Shown here piece by piece: positions 31,431-39,572 of a DNA stretch of 64,000 nt. Made by a program: the position numbers and the translations under genes. The DNA is from an uncultured virus (IMG/VR IMGVR_UViG_3300017751_000007) (Duplodnaviria > Heunggongvirae > Uroviricota > Caudoviricetes). The stretch lies in the IMG/VR virus record IMGVR_UViG_3300017751_000007; one strand, 5' to 3'. The notes beneath the pieces were generated by a model, which was not told where the DNA came from, searched no databases, and was given only the letters and a program-made list of their open reading frames with translations. The first letter of the stretch is position 1. The number at the start of each line of letters is the position of its first letter.

Positions 31431-31793
31431 ATGACACTAGTAAAAAACACTGCCAAATCGCTTAATGAAGGAATTAAGAATTTGATGAATGGTGCTAAAG
31501 AAGATTATCACCGTTGGTCATCTTCAGGTAAAGAAGAAATTGGTTCGTACTCACAAGAACAACTTGATAAATGGGACGATTCAATTAAAGTTAAAGAAGG
31601 ACAAAAGTACATTAAGATTGTACGAGATAATTCTGTCTTTGCCTTTATCTGTAAAACTGACTTTAAACATTTTAAGATAGGTGATATATTGAAACCTGCT
31701 GGTTACAATGCACCTGCCTTAAATCAACCCCGAGGAAACGTACTTACTGGTAATTACCCTATCAGATGGACTGGACCTCTTTACTTAAAATAA
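31431..31793 (+). CDS. conserved phage early protein
   Basis: AAAGGA SD; KYIKIV...GDILKPAGYNAPA...RGNV motif. Confidence 0.7.
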   Translation: MTLVKNTAKSLNEGIKNLMNGAKEDYHRWSSSGKEEIGSYSQEQLDKWDDSIKVKEGQKYIKIVRDNSVFAFICKTDFKHFKIGDILKPAGYNAPALNQPRGNVLTGNYPIRWTGPLYLK

Positions 31794-31807
31794 GGATATA
31801 TAATATT

Positions 31808-32053
31808 ATGAATAATGTGAAAACTGAAATACAAAAAATGAACCTTGCTCAACTTAACGACCTTTCTGAGTTTATATCTCAAATGAAAGTTATGGTTGGT
31901 AAGGCAACCTTATCTGTTGGACAAAAAGTATTTGTTGTTCAGAAAACTAAAAAAACTCCTGGTACTATTACCAAAATCAATCAGACTAAATGTGTAGTTG
32001 ATATGTTAGGTAGAAGTTATAGAGTACCTATGTCAATGTTAGAGGCTGCTTAA
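31808..32053 (+). CDS. hypothetical protein (SH3-like C-terminus)
   Basis: AAGGA SD; VGQKV...GTITKINQTK...YRVPMSML. Confidence 0.7.
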   Translation: MNNVKTEIQKMNLAQLNDLSEFISQMKVMVGKATLSVGQKVFVVQKTKKTPGTITKINQTKCVVDMLGRSYRVPMSMLEAA

Positions 32054-32776
32054 TTGAAGAAGTATTTTAACCATTCTAATATAACTAGAGAATCAGTATT
32101 TACTGACCTTGTTTGTGTGAGCAAACTTGGTCAGATTACTCCTGAAAAAGAAATGGCTATTGCTGAATCTATTGGTACAGTAAAGAAGCCGGTTACTGAA
32201 CGTGAACACAATCAACAAAAAGCATTTAAAGGTCCTTTAGACGGAATATCAAATGTTACACAAGGTGCTTTATTTGGTACTAAAGAAACTTTAGATTGGC
32301 ACGCCAACAAACCAAGTAACGAAAACAGAGCAAGTATCGTATGGATTTATGCCGTAAAAGGTAGTAAAGGTTCTATCACATCATGGATTGATAACAGAGC
32401 CGCTTATAATGACCTAGATGAAGATATGCAAAATAGATGTAAAGATATTCAATTTACATGTGGCTTCAAATCAGGTAATTATACAGTAGATGAATTTTTT
32501 AAAGACCATCATAATGAGGATTTAAAATGGGATTTAGTACAAACAAACGAAGCAGGTCAGACAGGATTATATTTTCCTTTCAATCAAATACTCGGTGGTA
32601 TTCCTGATGACCTGTTTGAATATCTTAAACATCATGTACTTAAAGATAAGTACAGATACGACCACCATTGGGAAGACGGCGACCTTGTCGTTAGTGAACA
32701 ATGGTTGACCATTCACAAAAGACATGAGTTTGAACATATGGACAAAAGACTTATGCACCGAATAGCAATATCATAA
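32054..32776 (+). CDS. TauD/TfdA-family dioxygenase-like protein
   Basis: WHAN, TSWIDNRAAYNDL and HHWEDGDLVV...TIHKR. Confidence 0.75.
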   Translation: MKKYFNHSNITRESVFTDLVCVSKLGQITPEKEMAIAESIGTVKKPVTEREHNQQKAFKGPLDGISNVTQGALFGTKETLDWHANKPSNENRASIVWIYAVKGSKGSITSWIDNRAAYNDLDEDMQNRCKDIQFTCGFKSGNYTVDEFFKDHHNEDLKWDLVQTNEAGQTGLYFPFNQILGGIPDDLFEYLKHHVLKDKYRYDHHWEDGDLVVSEQWLTIHKRHEFEHMDKRLMHRIAIS

Positions 32777-32782
32777 TTTTAT

Positions 32783-32860
32783 CTGCCCTTAGCTCAGCTG
32801 GATTAGAGCAACAGCCTTCTAAGCTGTAGGTCCCAGGTTCGAATCCTGGAGGGCAGGCCA
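32783..32860 (+). tRNA. tRNA-Arg(TCT)
   Basis: acceptor CTGCCCT/AGGGCAG; anticodon arm ACAGC-CT TCT AA-GCTGT; TTCGAAT T-loop; encoded CCA. Confidence 0.95.
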
Positions 32861-32877
32861 ATTTAAAAGGAGCAACT

Positions 32878-33135
32878 ATGCCTTACAACATGAGAGATAC
32901 AACATACACATTTGTTTGTGAAAATACAAATGCGATTATTAAGTACGAGGCGACCTATGAAATAGAATCAGACGGTCACAATGCTAAAATGTACCACGAT
33001 ATTACTCTACCAAATAATGCTTGGTTGCGAAGTTTAGATAATAAAATTTTTGGTAGTTATCGTGTACCAGACCGAGAAGAGGTACGACAGTATCTTTTAC
33101 ATAGAGAAGAAACAAAAGAATTGGCGTTACTATGA
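32878..33135 (+). CDS. hypothetical protein
   Basis: 85 aa; AAGGAG SD. Confidence 0.7.
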   Translation: MPYNMRDTTYTFVCENTNAIIKYEATYEIESDGHNAKMYHDITLPNNAWLRSLDNKIFGSYRVPDREEVRQYLLHREETKELALL

Positions 33136-33335
33136 TACAACCAGAAACAACAAAAGAGTTAAATGATTTTTATATTCATATTGAATATGAACGAGGTAAT
33201 ATTGATTATGCTTCCTTGATGGAAATGGTAGACATAACAGACTTAAAATCTGTGGGCGATAAAGCCGTGCCGGTTCAAGTCCGGCAGGAAGCACCAATCA
33301 CACCAACAAAACTAAGCAGAGATTTTTATGCTTGA
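33132..33335 (+). CDS. hypothetical ORF spanning tRNA-Leu
   Basis: ATGA-coupled to the upstream gene and open through the tRNA; translation uncertain. Confidence 0.35.
   Translation: MIQPETTKELNDFYIHIEYERGNIDYASLMEMVDITDLKSVGDKAVPVQVRQEAPITPTKLSRDFYA
33210..33296 (+). tRNA. tRNA-Leu(TAA)
   Basis: acceptor GCTTCCT/AGGAAGC; anticodon arm ACAGA-CT TAA AA-TCTGT; long variable arm; TTCAAGT T-loop; CCA. Confidence 0.95.
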
Positions 33336-33440
33336 AAGGAGATTGAAAATGATGTAGTTGCTAATCACAGCAAACAACAACCAAAAGGAGATATAAAGCA
33401 GTTGTGCGTAAGTCGTTAATCGTGGCCTGTAAGTCTTTAG

Positions 33441-33468
33441 AAAGAGGAGTTTTACTCCTCTTTTTTTT
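33441..33468. terminator. probable bidirectional intrinsic terminator
   Basis: AAAGAGGAGT-TTT-ACTCCTCTTT hairpin plus T run where plus and minus units converge. Confidence 0.75.
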
Positions 33469-33574
33469 CGTCTTCTTCATAAGTAGAAGGACAACCACCC
33501 CAATCGTGGTTATCATCATTGACAAATACGCCTCTATTATGCTTCTCTTCTAAGTATTTTAATTCTTCGTCCAT
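33452..33574 (-). CDS. small acidic protein (40 aa; not in ORF track)
   Basis: MDEELKYLEEKHNRGVFVNDDNHDWGGCPSTYEEDEKKEE; CATAAGTA box 5 nt upstream. Confidence 0.55.
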   Translation of the reverse strand: MDEELKYLEEKHNRGVFVNDDNHDWGGCPSTYEEDEKKEE

Positions 33575-33649
33575 AGGAATACTTATGATTCAAAGTTTAC
33601 AGGATTTACAGCTATTTTGTAAATCGAGTCAATAAATTGTAAAAGGAAA

Positions 33650-34279
33650 TCAACAAAGTTTACAACACTCGTATTTCACTTCATCTTGCCAATCCATGCC
33701 ACAATTGTGTTCTAATACTGTGGCGACTAAATGAACTCTATCAAATTCAGAGCCGTTAAAGAAGTTATGATACTTTGTGTTATCTGTAATATAACCATTA
33801 CCATTTGCTGGCATATGAAACGCTGTATCTTCTATTACCATGATACAACCTTTATTAGTTATAATAGGAATATGTAATCTCATTTCAGGATCCCTATGCC
33901 AAGATAAACAAGACCTTGGTGGTTTCATCAAAAGACGTACTCTTCCTAATTTAAATTTTTTTGTGATGATGTTATATACTTCTTCAATATATGTGCCTTT
34001 AAATTCAGGACATATTTCAGTATATAAATGTTCTTTAACAGGTTCTAATCGTTGTTCTTCTACATTGGTTGTATCAGGCATTGTCCAATACAAACCTCTA
34101 ACGTTACCACCTTGTATAGATGATTCGTCACCAGGTATTCTGTTAACACAAATAGCATTGAAATCTATATTGCGTTTGTCGTCTGTTCTAAAACCTAAAT
34201 GATGTTTAAAATCAAAGTATGATTTACCAAGTCGGTCAATGTCAATTGATAAAGGGACTTCCTCATAAAATTTTTCCAT
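33650..34279 (-). CDS. 2OG-Fe(II) oxygenase, Asp/Asn beta-hydroxylase-like
   Basis: WHRD...RLHIPIITN...DNTKYH...RVHLV. Confidence 0.8.
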   Translation of the reverse strand: MEKFYEEVPLSIDIDRLGKSYFDFKHHLGFRTDDKRNIDFNAICVNRIPGDESSIQGGNVRGLYWTMPDTTNVEEQRLEPVKEHLYTEICPEFKGTYIEEVYNIITKKFKLGRVRLLMKPPRSCLSWHRDPEMRLHIPIITNKGCIMVIEDTAFHMPANGNGYITDNTKYHNFFNGSEFDRVHLVATVLEHNCGMDWQDEVKYECCKLC

Positions 34280-34295
34280 CCATTATTTAGTACAC

Positions 34296-34412
34296 TTATT
34301 TGACCAAGACTTTAAGGCGATACAGATATAGAGTAAGTGGATTATTGGGTTGATAACCAAAAGGTTGCTTATTTGGTTTCTTTTTAGGTTTCTTTTTTTG
34401 ACGCTTATACAT
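34296..34412 (-). CDS. small basic protein (38 aa; not in ORF track)
   Basis: MYKRQKKKPKKKPNKQPFGYQPNNPLTLYLYRLKVLVK; TATAAATA at 34421-34428. Confidence 0.5.
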   Translation of the reverse strand: MYKRQKKKPKKKPNKQPFGYQPNNPLTLYLYRLKVLVK

Positions 34413-34436
34413 CAAAGCACTATTTATAAACCAGCA

Positions 34437-34465
34437 TTGCCACACCAAACTAAATAGTGTATATT
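34437..34465 (+). promoter_or_regulatory. sigma70-type promoter with a nested late box
   Basis: TTGCCA-N17-TATATT with ACTAAATA inside the spacer. Confidence 0.6.
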
Positions 34466-34474
34466 GGAGATATT

Positions 34475-35020
34475 ATGGAAAATTATATTAGAGAATATGA
34501 AGAAGTATTAGATAGGTCTATTTGTAAACAACTGATTGAAAAGTTTGAAATCAACAAAGACCAACAAGTCAATACTAATCTCAAAGGTCACCGTAACTTT
34601 ACAGAAATCAATCTAAATCAACATGACGATTGGAAGAATATAGTTGCTGACCTCTATCAACATTTAACACCTTATGTGAAAAGGTATGCTAAAGATGTAG
34701 GCATAGGACCTACACAATGGCCTACACACTTTGGATGGGAACAAATGAGGTTTAAGAAATATGAACCTAACGACCTAGATGAATTCAAAGAACATGTAGA
34801 TGTAGGCAACTATGAAACAGCAAGACGTTTCTTGGTATTCTTTTTATATCTAAATGACAATGAAGAGGGTTGGACTTCTTTTAGTAATTATGATATGAAA
34901 GTACAACCAAAGACTGGTAAGTTATTAATGTTTCCACCTACATGGACATATTTACATGCTGGTCATAAACCAATCAAAACACCAAAGTATATTTTAGGTA
35001 GTTATTTACACTATACTTAA
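34475..35020 (+). CDS. 2OG-Fe(II) oxygenase (prolyl-4-hydroxylase-like)
   Basis: EHVD...FLYLND...FPPTWTYLHAG...KYILGSY; GGAG SD. Confidence 0.85.
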   Translation: MENYIREYEEVLDRSICKQLIEKFEINKDQQVNTNLKGHRNFTEINLNQHDDWKNIVADLYQHLTPYVKRYAKDVGIGPTQWPTHFGWEQMRFKKYEPNDLDEFKEHVDVGNYETARRFLVFFLYLNDNEEGWTSFSNYDMKVQPKTGKLLMFPPTWTYLHAGHKPIKTPKYILGSYLHYT

Positions 35021-35640
35021 TTCACGTAAGCACGAAAGATAATTCGTTCACCATCAGGATATGTAAATGGTGTTCGTCTGTGTAATGTAGTAAAGTTATT
35101 TGCTACAACCAATCTGTTTGTCTTCCACTTAACTTCTTGTACTTCGTTAGACATAACAGCACTTTCTAATTCTTTGTAAATATCATTATTCAAAACGGCC
35201 ATTTCATTCCAACGTGTGAAGTAACCTTGGTCATCTTTACCAATAATCTCTTTATCGCCTTTATAGATTCTTCTTAAATACAATCGTTGGTCTAGTTTAG
35301 TATCAAACTTATAGAATCTACCTTCGTCTATTGGTTTCTTAAAATTGAATTTACATTTAAGACCCTCATACTTCTTACCTAACTCATCTGATATCCTAGA
35401 AGAAATGTATTGTGTAGTAGGACATTTATCTTCTGCATACTTACACCATAACGCTTGATAATTAGGTTGACTTTCTGTCTGTAGGCCATCTTGGTGCCAT
35501 AACTGATTTGGTATATCTATGGTTTCTTTTTTACCAATTTCAGGCAGGTCAATCATATCTTTGACTGTACCATATTTTGACATATATTGTTTAGCGTCAT
35601 CTAAACTTTCTATGTTATCTATGATTTCAATATCTCGCAT
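35017..35640 (-). CDS. TauD/TfdA-family dioxygenase-like protein
   Basis: WHQD...W...LVVANN...LHRR...R. Confidence 0.7.
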   Translation of the reverse strand: MRDIEIIDNIESLDDAKQYMSKYGTVKDMIDLPEIGKKETIDIPNQLWHQDGLQTESQPNYQALWCKYAEDKCPTTQYISSRISDELGKKYEGLKCKFNFKKPIDEGRFYKFDTKLDQRLYLRRIYKGDKEIIGKDDQGYFTRWNEMAVLNNDIYKELESAVMSNEVQEVKWKTNRLVVANNFTTLHRRTPFTYPDGERIIFRAYVN

Positions 35641-36107
35641 ACTTCTTGTTGAACTCCGTTTACATCATGTTTGCCTTCAAGTTGATTATAAGACCAACCC
35701 TCTGGTAAATATTGTTTTGCATATTCTATTGTTAGTGCCATTGTTTTACCTGGTCGTTTATATAACTCTGTAGACCAAAACAACTTTGTATAACCTAAAT
35801 CTTCTGCAATACGTATTTGATAAGGTGCTAGATATTTCCATGGATAACGTACTCTCTCACCTCTTACTTTATACTGTCTAAACTCTGGTGTAATATAACA
35901 TCTACTATTAACTCTAGCAGTATTATTTTCCCATTTCTGTAGACCTGAAAAACCAACTATGTCATCATTATACATTAACGTACAGAAACACAACATCTGT
36001 GGTAGTTTGAGTCTCTCGTATGTGTAATTGACTTTTAGTTTGTCATTACCTTTTGCTATGTTATCAAGCAACCATTGTGGTGGTGCTTTCTCAATTATCT
36101 TAAACAC
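35619..36107 (-). CDS. putative GNAT-fold acyltransferase
   Basis: IVGFSG...ARVNSRCYITPEFR resembles GNAT motif A; GTG start overlapping the desaturase. Confidence 0.5.
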   Translation of the reverse strand: MFKIIEKAPPQWLLDNIAKGNDKLKVNYTYERLKLPQMLCFCTLMYNDDIVGFSGLQKWENNTARVNSRCYITPEFRQYKVRGERVRYPWKYLAPYQIRIAEDLGYTKLFWSTELYKRPGKTMALTIEYAKQYLPEGWSYNQLEGKHDVNGVQQEVCEILKS

Positions 36108-36730
36108 TTTTCAATTATAATTCCTGATATATCGTATTTACTTAATTTAATTTGTTTTGAGTTTTTATGATGAACGTCATGTGGGCCTTCGCCACCAGAC
36201 AATAGATTAATAAAAGAATTGGTCACTGGTTTACCATTAGAATGGCCTAAGGCATTGAAAATACCGAAAGATAGAAAGCCATACACGAAAGGCGATACTA
36301 CGAATATAAAAAAGAATTTCCAAGACACCATCAGAGTGACGAGTCCGGCGATTATCCATATAAACAACCAGTAGTTATGGAAAAACATTATTCTTTTATT
36401 ATCATACAAGTCTCTTACATAACGCATAGGAATATTACGAACTTTCCATTGATTGAAAAGAACTTTAAGAAACCCTTTATGTAAAGGACTATGTGGGTCT
36501 TTGTTTGTATCAGAATACCTGTGATGAATTCTATGAGCGCCAATCCAACCTAATGGTGACCGTGAGCCTGCTAGTAAGGATAGAAACAAGGTTACAGTCT
36601 CCATAAAAGAAGACATATACTTATAAGAAAATTGCTTATGTGCAAAATATCTATGTAGACCAATAGAAAGGCCTAATACGCTTATGAATTGATACCACAA
36701 AAATCCTAATAATATAATCATCATACTCAT
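36095..36730 (-). CDS. membrane fatty-acid desaturase (delta-9-like)
   Basis: His boxes HRYFAH, HRIHH (followed by SDTNKDPHSP) and GEGPHDVHH; TM segments. Confidence 0.9.
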   Translation of the reverse strand: MSMMIILLGFLWYQFISVLGLSIGLHRYFAHKQFSYKYMSSFMETVTLFLSLLAGSRSPLGWIGAHRIHHRYSDTNKDPHSPLHKGFLKVLFNQWKVRNIPMRYVRDLYDNKRIMFFHNYWLFIWIIAGLVTLMVSWKFFFIFVVSPFVYGFLSFGIFNALGHSNGKPVTNSFINLLSGGEGPHDVHHKNSKQIKLSKYDISGIIIEKCLR

Positions 36731-36738
36731 ACACCTAT

Positions 36739-36888
36739 TTATAAACGTGAATTAAACTCTTGTAAGGCGTTTCGTTCCTCTTTAGGTTGTATTCTCTTTG
36801 GTGATTCTACGTATAGTATAATACACATTATTACTACGTACAAGGGAATGCCTATCAGGAGCAGTAACACTCCATGTTGTAAGTCCAT
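36739..36888 (-). CDS. small single-TM protein (49 aa; not in ORF track)
   Basis: MDLQHGVLLLLIGIPLYVVIMCIILYVESPKR...; ACTAAATA 4 nt upstream. Confidence 0.55.
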   Translation of the reverse strand: MDLQHGVLLLLIGIPLYVVIMCIILYVESPKRIQPKEERNALQEFNSRL

Positions 36889-36999
36889 GGAATATTTAGT
36901 GAGTTTGTCTTTTCCGGATTTCCAGAGGTACTTAGGAGCTTCCTGACGGAACTACACCGTTATGTATAACATCAAGCAGCCTCACAAGGCTGCGACAGA

Positions 37000-37107
37000 T
37001 TATAATGTACCTTGCATATAGTTAAGTAAACAGGCCAACGCAAAGAAGAACGTGAAGATAACGAATATACCTAGAACGTATTTACCTAAACCTTTTATCT
37101 TATCCAT
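37000..37107 (-). CDS. small single-TM protein (35 aa; not in ORF track)
   Basis: MDKIKGLGKYVLGIFVIFTFFFALACLLNYMQGTL; GAGG SD; followed by a GCAGCCT/AGGCTGC hairpin. Confidence 0.5.
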   Translation of the reverse strand: MDKIKGLGKYVLGIFVIFTFFFALACLLNYMQGTL

Positions 37108-37514
37108 GCAATCCTCTCACCTGCGACTTTTCTGCGTTTATGTTCCTCAACACTACCTGGATATCTCCAACCCCATATAGCACAGAGAGCCATTGCGCCA
37201 CCTGTCCACATAATTGCTTTCATATTACCTGTAGTGAAATACATAATCAACAATGAAGACATCATTGTCAGAATCATTGCATATTTAAACTTTGTAGGAA
37301 ACACTCTCTTTGTAGACCAATTCTTTATGAAAGGGCCAAAGAGTTTGTGGTTCATAATCCAATCGTGCATACGTTTGCTTGACTTTGCAAAACAAAAGGC
37401 TGCGCCAACGGCCGGTGTAGACCATGGTAGACCAGGTAGATAAACACCTATGATAGCAATACCTACTAATAACATACCTAAACTAAACCATAATATCTTT
37501 CTTAATTTATTCAT
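37095..37514 (-). CDS. YbaN/DUF454-family membrane protein
   Basis: GIAIIGVYLPGLP...AAFCFAKSSKRMHDW...FGPFIKNW; start at 37514 or 37520. Confidence 0.8.
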   Translation of the reverse strand: MNKLRKILWFSLGMLLVGIAIIGVYLPGLPWSTPAVGAAFCFAKSSKRMHDWIMNHKLFGPFIKNWSTKRVFPTKFKYAMILTMMSSLLIMYFTTGNMKAIMWTGGAMALCAIWGWRYPGSVEEHKRRKVAGERIAWIR

Positions 37515-37848
37515 TTTCATTATCCTTTGTATAAGAGTCAAACCAATTAAACAATACATAACCATCTATTGTAAGTTTGACATCTAATGTTTTAAATTTT
37601 AACTCGTTATAGACTTCTTCACTCATACATAGAACTTGTCTCAAATGCATGACTTCTACGTTGAGTGACCCAAAGAAATCCTTTTTTGAAGGATTGACAC
37701 CATAAAGAACTGGATTAGATGTATTAGGTATTTTCTGTACTATTGTATATTTCGCACCGTGCCATTTCTTATAAAGGTCACTTAATACCCATACTGCGTC
37801 ATTTGTAAGTTTGATGGAACACATTCTGTTCCCGTTTACGAATCCCAT
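37507..37848 (-). CDS. hypothetical protein
   Basis: 113-aa ORF with an ATG start. Confidence 0.55.
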   Translation of the reverse strand: MGFVNGNRMCSIKLTNDAVWVLSDLYKKWHGAKYTIVQKIPNTSNPVLYGVNPSKKDFFGSLNVEVMHLRQVLCMSEEVYNELKFKTLDVKLTIDGYVLFNWFDSYTKDNENE

Positions 37849-38031
37849 GTTTTAATCATTCCTCTTCATATTGTTGTATCAAATCCTGGACGAGTTATTT
37901 TGGCCTCCAGGAATTCCTGTGATAATATTTATCCAGTTAAATATAAGTTTAAGGGACGTTATTGCATTTATAGTTTAGCGAATCAAAGCCAAAAACTTAT
38001 AGCGCTTTTCCATGGTGGCCTTGTGGCCAGC

Positions 38032-39108
38032 TTAAGGGTTTAGGTCTATTCTTCTACCTCTTATGACTGACTCTTTGGTAGTATTCTGTGTTCTTGTCTC
38101 GCTGACGTTCTCTAAGTAATGGCCTTCTACATCTACAGTCATATTACCACCAACCTTGAGGTTATAGTCACCACCTGCGTTGACATTTACCTTACCAGCA
38201 ACTGTGACTAGGTTTATATCGCCTGTGTCAACTTGTATATTAATACTTGCATTAGGTCCTACTTGTATATCATAATGGTTATTTAATTGACCACTCTTGT
38301 TAATATATAACTTGTGCCTGCCATCTAGTGTGATATCCGAATTGCCTCTTATTTGTGCTTGACTATTGGTTGAAACTATGGTATAATGGCTGCCCTTTAT
38401 TATATCTACCTTATTACCGTCTTTGTCTATTTCATATGAGGTGCCTGACATGTGGGCCTCATAGATACGTTCATTGTCCTTCGTGTCGTCATATTCTCTG
38501 ATATGGCCTGATTCGGTCTCATATACATGATTGTAAGGGTAAGTTGCATTGTATGGTATCTCTGGCTGGTCCCATGTATCCGAATCACTTGCCTCCATTA
38601 CAGACGAATCAGCATTAGTCTTACTATTAAAGTCTGCCGTAGCAATACCAGTAGTACGTGCCAGCTTACGTAATGTCAAAGAAAGATGTTCATCCACACC
38701 ATTAACGGCCAACCTATTTACATCCGTCTCATCCTTATACTTGGGATAAACACCGTTAGGGTCATAGAAACCTTTAGAAGGAGAAGATAACTCTGATGGC
38801 CGGCCAGGTAAACTGCCCAATACCACTGGTTCCTGTTGCGATATGCCGTCTCTAAAGTACCCAAAACACCACGTTCCCTCAACAAGGAAAGACGGAGACT
38901 CACCAAGACCTGATATCCCACTAGATGTAACAGGCATTATGATACTGGCCCACGGCAAGTCGGCCGTTGGTAATGTCTGTTTGTCATCTGTATGAATTCC
39001 TATACAACGAACACGTAAACGGCCTGCATATTGAGGGTCTTGCCTGTCCTCAACAACGCCAGTAAAGGTATAAAACCCATTCCGTCCTAAAAAATTCTCG
39101 TCAGCCAT
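38032..39108 (-). CDS. gp5: baseplate central spike gp5 (OB fold plus beta-helix, no lysozyme domain)
   Basis: GVVEDRQDP...GRLRVRCIG.H...LPWA and YPYNHVYETESGH. Confidence 0.9.
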   Translation of the reverse strand: MADENFLGRNGFYTFTGVVEDRQDPQYAGRLRVRCIGIHTDDKQTLPTADLPWASIIMPVTSSGISGLGESPSFLVEGTWCFGYFRDGISQQEPVVLGSLPGRPSELSSPSKGFYDPNGVYPKYKDETDVNRLAVNGVDEHLSLTLRKLARTTGIATADFNSKTNADSSVMEASDSDTWDQPEIPYNATYPYNHVYETESGHIREYDDTKDNERIYEAHMSGTSYEIDKDGNKVDIIKGSHYTIVSTNSQAQIRGNSDITLDGRHKLYINKSGQLNNHYDIQVGPNASINIQVDTGDINLVTVAGKVNVNAGGDYNLKVGGNMTVDVEGHYLENVSETRTQNTTKESVIRGRRIDLNP

Positions 39109-39177
39109 TTATTTTTCCTTCATATATGTCGCCTTTTAATACGCTTGCTATACGCAATAAACGACTATTTAAATATT

Positions 39178-39486
39178 TCATACGCAAAGTAAAACTCCCA
39201 ATCCTACAATTAAAATACTCAATGGTATCAATACGTTCCAAGTGCGTAAACTTCTATTTCCGTATCTATTTAAAGCATTTCGCATTCCACTAGAATCTCG
39301 TTTAAGACCCTCATAGTCCATCCACTCATACTTACCTAACTCATCAAACATGTCACTATTCGGTGTATTGTGTGATAAGTCTCGTAGAAACTTGGCCTCT
39401 GACCTTTGAGAGGATGCTGATTGTTTTCTCTTATCAGTCCTACCTCGTAGTATCTCGTTGGCTATCTCATATACTTTACCTATCAT
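39178..39486 (-). CDS. hypothetical protein with a C-terminal TM
   Basis: 102-aa ORF with a hydrophobic C-terminus. Confidence 0.45.
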   Translation of the reverse strand: MIGKVYEIANEILRGRTDKRKQSASSQRSEAKFLRDLSHNTPNSDMFDELGKYEWMDYEGLKRDSSGMRNALNRYGNRSLRTWNVLIPLSILIVGLGVLLCV

Positions 39487-39572
39487 ACCTGCTTAACCTT
39501 TACTTGTTTCATTATTACTTATCTCATATATACAGAGGTTGCCAGCTACTGTCGGAAATCGGAACTTAAACA

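Noticed and set aside
33584..33684. alternative frame ATG AAG TGA ...SVVNFVDFLLQFIDSIYK suggesting TGA recoding
   Set aside because: TGA is used as a true stop in several ATGA overlaps and Trp is TGG in the genes I read; no SD; probably chance
36901..36999. resemblance to SRP (4.5S) RNA
   Set aside because: the conserved helix-8 arrangement (TCAGG...GNRA...AGCAG) is not present on one strand
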